From assembly GCA_051294375.1 (NCBI GenBank), contig JBJCIZ010000339.1, forward strand, positions 1 through 5,948: DNA of 5,948 bases, in the 5' to 3' direction. The stretch is from Paraspadella gotoi. Lineage: Eukaryota; Animalia; Chaetognatha. The notes under the pieces were generated by a model, which had not been told where the DNA came from, ran no database searches, and saw only the letters and a program-made list of their open reading frames with translations. The position numbers and the translations under genes are program-made. How positions within the stretch are numbered: position 1 is the first letter of the stretch; every line of letters begins with the position of its first letter. Positions 1 through 5,948 of the stretch are shown here, piece after piece.

Positions 1-214
1 CCTCTTCTTTACACCTTTAATCTTCCTCTTACCTCCCCTCAAGCCTTTTTTCCTTTCTCATTCCTCCCCCTTCTCCTATCATCTTCCATTCTTCTATACA
101 TCCCCTCCTCCCTTCCCTTTCGTGTCCTGTGCCTATTCAGTCACCTCCTCTCCCCCTCGCCCCTCCCTCTCTCTCTCTCTCTCTCTCTCATCTCGTCTCT
201 CTCTCTCTCTCTCT
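1..214. repeat. Polypyrimidine tract ending in an interrupted (CT)n microsatellite (core 167-214)
   Basis: Seen directly: C/T-dominated from base 1 (truncated by the window edge); CT run 167-189, interruption ATCTCG, then a TC run to 214. Confidence 0.93.
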
Positions 215-456
215 TACTCGCGCCCTGGACAATACGGGAATGCCGATGCGGGCGAACAGAACGCGTCCCCCACGTCGACTTCGGCATAGAGCGGAGTGAG
301 GGTAGAGAAACAGGCTTGGCAAAAGGGGGAGCAGAAGAGAGAGTGAGTGGCGTATGACATAGAATGACGGCTTTGAAACTCTGGGAACCAGCGCGTCAAT
401 GAATGCCGTAATAAAAATCAATGACTTATAACGACGAACGGGAAATGTGAGCGGAC

Positions 457-534
457 GAGACGAGAGATATTGAGATATATGAGAGCAGAGATAGAAGAGA
501 GAGAGAGAGCAGAAAGAGAGAGAGAAAAAAAAAG
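457..534. repeat. Imperfect (GA)n microsatellite with terminal A run
   Basis: Seen directly: gagacgagagatattgagatatatgagagcagagatagaagagagagagagag...agagaaaaaaaaag. Confidence 0.88.
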
Positions 535-2302
535 CATGGGTTGGTCGACAATCACCGAGCCGCGAGCGACAAAGCTTCCCTCTCCTTCCGTCTCTCTCTC
601 TTACGCCGGCGAAAGGTCGGAGGTCATCCGCGGTCGCTGACTGCTTCGAAAAGAAGCAGATCCATCTTCCTGTTCTCTACCACGGCCGATCGTCGGGGTC
701 TAGGTGCGAAAGATCCTGCGAAAAATACCGCTCAGGCTCTGATTTTCTCTCTCTTCTAAGTTTTTGCCTTTTTCTATTTTTTTTATTTTCTCGTGCTCTG
801 CTCGTGTTACATGTTGTGACAACAAGGTCAAATAGTTAACTACCACAATCGTTTCGACTCTTATTGTTATTTTTACTATTGTCTTTTCTCTGAAAATGAT
901 TTTGATCATTACATGTTGTAAATAAATTCGTGAAACGTATTCTATTTCTTCTTTAAATTCCTGCGAAGTTCCATTTACCAAAGTCGTAAGCCGACGAAAA
1001 CCAAGCAAAAGAAACACGCAAAAAAGAATGTTACCTGTGAAGAAGAAACGTCCCTATATCGCGACGATATAATGTTTATTGAGGAAATCCTGCCGGGAAT
1101 TAGTATTAGAAAAAAAGTAAGTTTAGTAGAACTCTCGATCTCGCGAAAGACGCTTAAAAAAAGGTACGCTCCTCGGAAGAGGTTGGAAGAGGAGGATGAG
1201 AGCAAGGTTGACAATAATCACATCTAATAAAAACTTTAAAAAAAATATCATGAGGAGGATGAATATTTTAAGTTGAGATACCTGCAAAATTTCTGTTATA
1301 AACTGGTAATGCATTCTTTACAGCTAATTTTTTATAGTGAAAAACGAATAAAGTCGAGGCCGAGTTACCTCGACTCTCCTCTCTCTTTTCCCGCACGACC
1401 ACAACCTCAGAATCTTCGGTCATGGTCGCGTCGCTTCCCGGGCTTCAACGGGTTTCTTCTGTCGTGCCGTACCACAAGAACACAACCATTCAACCTTTCA
1501 TCTGAACAATCGTTTTTCTCTCCACTGTGTAATCGTTATTTATCACCTTTTTATGTCGATTTGCTATTGCCTCGTCATAAACTTTACACTCCTATGTCGC
1601 GTCTTCCAAAAGCATTATATAGTAATATCTTCCCACACAATATGATAATTTCAATTTGATAAACAATCTTTTAACCTCATCAGATGGTTTATGAGGTTTA
1701 TCTTTTTTAAAGTTCTCATTCCGTATGAAAATATTAATTTATTGAAGAGCAGTAAATATATTTATAATTGAAGCATTTTTTTTGGTCTTTTTTTTCACCT
1801 TATAATTTATTGATATAGACTGTAGTAAATGTAAGTCTATGGAGAGACATTATTGAAGAACATTTGTTTTTACTTTTGCCCGCATAAGCGTAGCAGTGTG
1901 ATCGAACCACCTCTCTAAACACTGTCATCATTCCCAGAACAAAGAACAAAGTTAACTTGAACCAGACTGACGATGACGAACCAAAGTAAACATTAATAAT
2001 ACAAAATTAAAATTATGAAAAAATTCGATAATTTTATGTTAAATTTTTACTTTCGCCTGATATTTATTAAACATTTTAAAAACTTATCACCGAATTCCCT
2101 AACCAATAAACCCTTCTTATCCTAACTACTCCCGTCGGTAAAAGTAAAATATGCCATTTTATTTTTATTTTTTTGTATTTCTATGCTATATATCTTGCCT
2201 TGTGACATTGACTTGATTTTTCATGAGGAAATTGAATAAATTTCTCCCAAATCGTGAGTAAGACTCGCGGAAAGCAGGAGCGAAGATGAGAGGAGAGAAA
2301 GA

Positions 2303-2327
2303 GAAGGAAGAGAATCTCTCTTCCTTC
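2303..2327. repeat. Perfect 11-bp inverted repeat with 3-nt spacer
   Basis: GAAGGAAGAGA (2303-2313), ATC, TCTCTTCCTTC (2317-2327); the arms are exact reverse complements. Confidence 0.85.
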
Positions 2328-2456
2328 GCGAGCGGAAGACAAGCGAATCAGGAGCGGACTTACTCCGCCCCGAGGAAAGTCGCGGCTGAGTCGCGAGCTG
2401 GACCAATCAGGTTCGATGATAGTGGAGGGAAGTCAACATATGCCTCAGAGAAAAAT

Positions 2457-2504
2457 GAAGAGCAGAGAGAGAAGAGAGAGAGATGAGAGAGAGAGAGAGA
2501 GAGA
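2457..2504. repeat. (GA)n microsatellite
   Basis: Seen directly: agagagagaagagagagagatgagagagagagagagagaga. Confidence 0.92.
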
Positions 2505-2556
2505 CTAAGCGTTAATTTCTTCTTTTTTTTCTGTCGTTTTTATTCACTAAAGTGGT

Positions 2557-2718
2557 AGAAGAAATAGAAGAAGAAAAAGGAAAGAAAGAAGAAAGAACAA
2601 AAGGAAGAAGGAAGGAAGGAAGGACAGGAAGAGGAAGGAGGAAGGAAAAGAAGGAAGAGGGAAAAAGAAGGAAGAAGCGAAGAGAAGCAAAGATAAGAAA
2701 AGGAAGAGGAACAGAAAA
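2557..2718. repeat. Polypurine tract of mixed GAA/GGAA units
   Basis: 162 nt with only 7 pyrimidines on the + strand by my count; includes tandem GGAA around 2610-2624. Explains the E/K/R-rich and F/S/L-rich ORFs at 2540-2777. Confidence 0.92.
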
Positions 2719-2942
2719 TACTTTCTTCTATAATTAGATATTTCACTCCCAAATTGACTCAGATAAAAAATGACCAAAATTTTTAAAGTTTCATTTATTT
2801 AGCCCGTGTATGTAGTTATATTTGTCATTTGACTTCAGTGTACTCTTTGATTCCACTGGCTAAAGGGACTTATGGGCACCTGATGGTCATAAGCTCCCAC
2901 CAAGTGGGAGAGAGATTCGCTTCATGAAACGACTTTAAAACG

Positions 2943-2959
2943 CTCTCTCTCTCTCTCTA

Positions 2960-2994
<35 letters not shown>

Positions 2995-3035
2995 TCGCTC
3001 TCTCTCTCTTCTTTCTTTCCTCTCTCCTCTCTCTC
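2943..3035. repeat. Imperfect (CT)n microsatellite
   Basis: Seen directly: several CT runs separated by short interruptions. Confidence 0.93.
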
Positions 3036-3144
3036 GCTCCATCGCTCGCCACCGACTTTTCGGGGGAGAACGCTCGCGTCCCACCATAAAATCCCCACCA
3101 TACTTTGCAAGAATGGATATCCTTTTACGAGCCGTTGTCCTAAT

Positions 3145-3232
3145 GGAGAGACGGAGAGAGATATGAAGAGTAGAGAGAGAGAGAATGAGAGAGGTGAGAG
3201 AGAGAGAAGATCAGAGATGAGAGAGAGAAGAA
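3145..3232. repeat. Imperfect (GA)n microsatellite
   Basis: Seen directly: ggagagacggagagagatatgaagagtagagagagagagaatgagagaggtgagagagagagaag... Confidence 0.88.
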
Positions 3233-3300
3233 TTTTTCTTCGGACTGCAACAGCGCTCCGAAAAGATTGTGCCAGACGACTATTTCTCTTTTTACACATG

Positions 3301-3600
3301 TTTCTTGGCGCGTTCGCCTCAAAGCGCCGCCGCCCGCCGCATCGCCGCCGCCCTCCGTCTCATCTCGCCGCTGTCAACGATGCCAGAAAGCTCCCTTTTT
3401 TTGTACGTCGGGGCCCGCGCGACCGTTGATCGGCTCACTACGGCCCGAGCGGGCCCGACAGCCCAGACGCTCAGAGCTCTGCTTCGATCGTTCCGGCGCC
3501 CGGGTCGCCTTAATTCCCTTCTGCGCGCTCCGCCTTTGCAACACGGCCGGTAGCGGAACGCTGGCGCAAGCCGGCAACGCGGCAGTCGGGTAGCACTTTT
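3301..3600. other. GC/CpG-rich island, possible cis-regulatory element or structured transcript region
   Basis: Hand count gives 200/300 G+C (67%) against an AT-rich background; dense CpG; imperfect (CGC)n at 3325-3352; flanked by a GA tract and a pyrimidine tract. Composition is seen directly; any function is inference. Confidence 0.55.
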
Positions 3601-3615
3601 CAATAGAGCGCTCCG

Positions 3616-3770
3616 CTTTCTACCCCCACTCCATCCTCTCCAATCTACCTTTCGTCTCCTTCCCTTTACTCTCCCTCTCCTCCTCTTCCTTCTCCGCTCT
3701 CCCTTTCTGCTCCCTCCTCCTCCTTCTACCCTCCTTCCCACTTCTCCTGCCCTCCTCCTCTCCTTCGCTT
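3616..3770. repeat. Polypyrimidine tract (CCT/CTT-rich)
   Basis: Seen directly; source of the R/G/E-rich N-terminus of minus ORF 3319..3741. Confidence 0.88.
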
Positions 3771-4136
3771 AACCACGTCCCCCGGTCTCGACTTCGCCAA
3801 AAAAAGTCAACTCCAAAGAAAGATGCGTCGACTTGCAGAGATGTTCGTTGTCTTCTGTTTTGTTGCGTTTTGTCGTTGTTGAGAGCTTAATGCGCTTCAC
3901 CTTTTCGCGATTGAATAAACAGGATCGAGAAAGTTGCTACATTTCGAAGAATTTTACGAAATTTAATAAAGATGTAAGATAGAAAAGACAGATATAGAAT
4001 AATGAATTTTTGAAAAAAATAATCCGATAACCTTCTTTTCTAAACAATCTATTGTGATATATGAGACAATTTAGTGTGTGTAAAGTAAAAGTTATGAACC
4101 TCCGAGCGACATCGAAAAAAATGGACACAGCTGTAT

Positions 4137-4261
4137 AGAGTAGAGGAGAAGAGAACGAGAGAGAGAGAGACAGAGAGTCTATGAGAGAGGAGAGAGAAAG
4201 AGATGTGTTGGGTTGTGTGGTTCGGAGAGAGAGATAGAGAGAAGAGAAGAGAGAAGGAGAA
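4137..4261. repeat. Bipartite imperfect (GA)n tract split by a 20-nt GT-rich insert (4204-4223)
   Basis: Seen directly: GA runs on either side of tgtgttgggttgtgtggttc. Confidence 0.87.
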
Positions 4262-4424
4262 TAGTGAGATCGTGAATTACTTTCGCCCTCTCCGTCTCTA
4301 TCAGTGGCAAAAAGAGAACCTTTTGCTAAAGGCGATGGATGACTATGGCGAATCATTTGATGACGAAAAGAGTACGCCGGAAATCGGAAGGCGGCGTATG
4401 GCGCGCAGTTCGCGGCGGTTTGGC

Positions 4425-4453
4425 GGGCGGTTGTGGGCGGTTGGGGGAGTGGG
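4425..4453 (+). other. Canonical G-quadruplex-forming motif
   Basis: GGG(4425-27) cggttgt GGG(4435-37) cggtt GGGGG(4443-47) agt GGG(4451-53) fits the G3+N1-7 x4 pattern. Folding in vivo is not shown. Confidence 0.6.
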
Positions 4454-4469
4454 AAGCTGTTCGGCCGAA

Positions 4470-4670
4470 TCATTTTCCCATAAATCCTGCCTCTTTATCT
4501 TCATCCCCTTTAAATTTCTCTCCCAAATCTTCTTTGATTTAAATGCTCCCTCGCTAAATCTTCATCCTTGCTTTAAATTGTTCACCAAATCTTCATTCCC
4601 CATTAATCTGCTCTACATATTCATCCCCTTTCAAAATTCTCACCAAATCCTTCTGATATAATCCTCGCTC
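4470..4670. repeat. Degenerate ~30-bp minisatellite (about 6.5 units) with ~120-bp higher-order repeat
   Basis: Units start at 4470, 4501, 4531, 4562, 4593, 4621 and 4652; most begin TCAT or TCT, contain an internal TAAAT-like motif and end in an AAATCT-like motif. Unit 2 tcatcccctttaaatttctctcccaaatct matches unit 6 tcatcccctttcaaaattctcaccaaatcct. Confidence 0.78.
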
Positions 4671-4739
4671 TCACTCCCTACCTCTTCTCCTCTTTCTCTT
4701 CTTCCTCCACTCCTCTTTCTCCTCCTCTTCTTCCTCCTC
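4671..4739. repeat. Polypyrimidine tract (CCT/CTT-rich)
   Basis: Seen directly, immediately after the minisatellite. Confidence 0.85.
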
Positions 4740-4820
4740 AAATCTCAGAAAGGGACTCGTCTCGAAGATCCTCTCCGGTCAAACGCATTACGGTCGGACA
4801 CGCCCCCTTTTGCTTCTCTC

Positions 4821-4853
4821 GTTGTTGTTGTTGTCGTCGTTGTTGTTGTCGTT
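4821..4853. repeat. (GTY)11 trinucleotide microsatellite
   Basis: gtt gtt gtt gtt gtc gtc gtt gtt gtt gtc gtt. Confidence 0.9.
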
Positions 4854-4969
4854 AGTGATAGGACGAAAAATCTAAATTTCGTTTCGTTCATTCGACCCGT
4901 TTAACCTTCGTTGACGAGAATATAAAAAAAAATATGTTTTTCTCAGGGTTCGATCGCAGGACCTTTGAA

Positions 4970-5144
4970 TCTTTTACTTCTTTTTCATTCACTTTTATTC
5001 ACTTTTTCTTTCTTTCTTTCCTCTTTTTTTCATCATCTCTTATTTCGAAAGTGACTTCTCTCCATCCCTTGTTCTCTTCCTCACTTATCTAACTTCTCTT
5101 TTTCTCCCTCTACTCTCTTCTCTTTTACTTCCTCAGTCCTTTAC
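4970..5144. repeat. T/C-rich low-complexity tract running into the first gap
   Basis: Seen directly; includes tandem TTTC around 5006-5020. Confidence 0.8.
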
Positions 5145-5336
5145 NNNNNNNNNNNNNNNNNNNNNNNNNNNNNNNNNNNNNNNNNNNNNNNNNNNNNNNN
5201 NNNNNNNNNNNNNNNNNNNNNNNNNNNNNNNNNNNNNNNNNNNNNNNNNNNNNNNNNNNNNNNNNNNNNNNNNNNNNNNNNNNNNNNNNNNNNNNNNNNN
5301 NNNNNNNNNNNNNNNNNNNNNNNNNNNNNNNNNNNN
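5145..5336. other. Assembly gap or hard-masked segment (192 N)
   Basis: Run of N. Confidence 0.98.
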
Positions 5337-5448
5337 CCTCGTCTCCCGAGATTCGCGAGTGACGCTTATAAATGCAACATCCATAATTTTCCATCCGCAC
5401 GTTTGACAATAAATCTTGAGGGTCACATTTGTTTCCGCCTAAACGGAT

Positions 5449-5648
5449 GTTTTTTTTGTTTTTTTTTTGTTTCTCGCCGAACAGACCATCGATTCACGAA
5501 AAAGAAAAGAAAAAAAAGAAAAGAAAGAGAGGAAGAAAAATACTCTTCTCTTTTATTTTCTCTTCTCTCTTATTTTTTTCCCTTTTTTTTCAAATTTTTT
5601 TTCATTTTTTCTTTTTCTTTTCCTTTTTTTTACTCCTTGGATTTTCCT
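5449..5648. repeat. Low-complexity block: T-rich (5449-5472), A/G-rich (5499-5540), T/C-rich (5543-5648)
   Basis: Seen directly; source of the F-rich and K-rich ORFs at 5403-5906. Confidence 0.85.
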
Positions 5649-5866
5649 NNNNNNNNNNNNNNNNNNNNNNNNNNNNNNNNNNNNNNNNNNNNNNNNNNNN
5701 NNNNNNNNNNNNNNNNNNNNNNNNNNNNNNNNNNNNNNNNNNNNNNNNNNNNNNNNNNNNNNNNNNNNNNNNNNNNNNNNNNNNNNNNNNNNNNNNNNNN
5801 NNNNNNNNNNNNNNNNNNNNNNNNNNNNNNNNNNNNNNNNNNNNNNNNNNNNNNNNNNNNNNNNNN
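5649..5866. other. Assembly gap or hard-masked segment (218 N)
   Basis: Run of N. Confidence 0.98.
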
Positions 5867-5948
5867 ATTCTCATATAATTTCGACTATTCTTATCTCATT
5901 TCATAAAAAATGGGAGAATAGAAGAACGAACGATTTAAAAATGAAAAA

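Noticed and set aside
934-1227. Stop-to-stop + strand frame of 97 codons (K/R/E-rich) with a GTAAGT donor-like site at 1117
   Set aside because: No convincing upstream acceptor, no recognisable homology, and purine bias explains the composition. Spliced reads ending at 1116 would overturn this.
1630-1637. TTCCCACA, a CSL/Su(H) consensus on the minus strand (also TTCCCAC at 3735)
   Set aside because: Isolated 7-8-mers in C/T-rich DNA, not arranged as a paired site; consistent with chance.
1645-1705. Minus-strand CTGATGA...GAAA resembling a hammerhead ribozyme core, overlapping an 8-bp inverted repeat (1673-1698)
   Set aside because: Stems I-III and the NUH cleavage triplet cannot be built consistently; an 8-bp stem in AT-rich DNA is near chance.
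1890-1935. Minus-strand GGTTCGATC (tRNA T-loop/B-box-like) and ATGATGA (box C-like)
   Set aside because: No cloverleaf or A box, and no box D CTGA at snoRNA distance.
2373-2387. GAGGAAAGTCGCGGC resembling RNase P RNA conserved region I
   Set aside because: No complementary P4/CR-V strand downstream; the sequence runs into a GA microsatellite.
3147-4299. 12-nt inverted match AGAGACGGAGAG (3147-3158) / CTCTCCGTCTCT (4288-4299) as transposon terminal inverted repeats
   Set aside because: A variant of the GA microsatellite that recurs in part elsewhere (587, 3353); no target-site duplication or transposase remnant seen.
4937-4957. TTTTTCTCAG acceptor-like site followed by GGTTCGATCGC (B-box-like)
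   Set aside because: Followed by low-complexity pyrimidine sequence with no evident exon or donor; the B box is mismatched and lacks an A box.
188-5906. ORFs in the supplied six-frame track as protein-coding genes
   Set aside because: Most translate simple repeats (ER, SL, F or K runs), stop-poor GC-rich sequence or N runs; none shows a domain I recognise. Small spliced exons cannot be excluded without RNA-seq or BLASTX.

Overview
Eukaryotic, apparently non-coding DNA (large intron or intergenic/cis-regulatory region) from a draft assembly with two N gaps. I find no credible protein-coding gene, tRNA, rRNA, CRISPR array or intact mobile element; nearly all listed ORFs are by-products of GA/CT microsatellites, purine/pyrimidine tracts, a GC-rich patch or N runs. 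AT-rich spacers and about ten long polypurine/polypyrimidine tracts alternate with short CpG-rich unique islands. CpG is not visibly depleted, which suggests a sparsely methylated, probably invertebrate genome (inference). The most specific structures are: a degenerate ~30-bp minisatellite with a ~120-bp higher-order period (4470-4670), an adjacent G-quadruplex/GGCGGTT cluster (4414-4455), a 67% GC island with a 20-bp hairpin (3407-3459), two competing hairpins (2865-2910) and an 11-bp perfect inverted repeat (2303-2327). The sequence alone does not support a claim of a new biological system.
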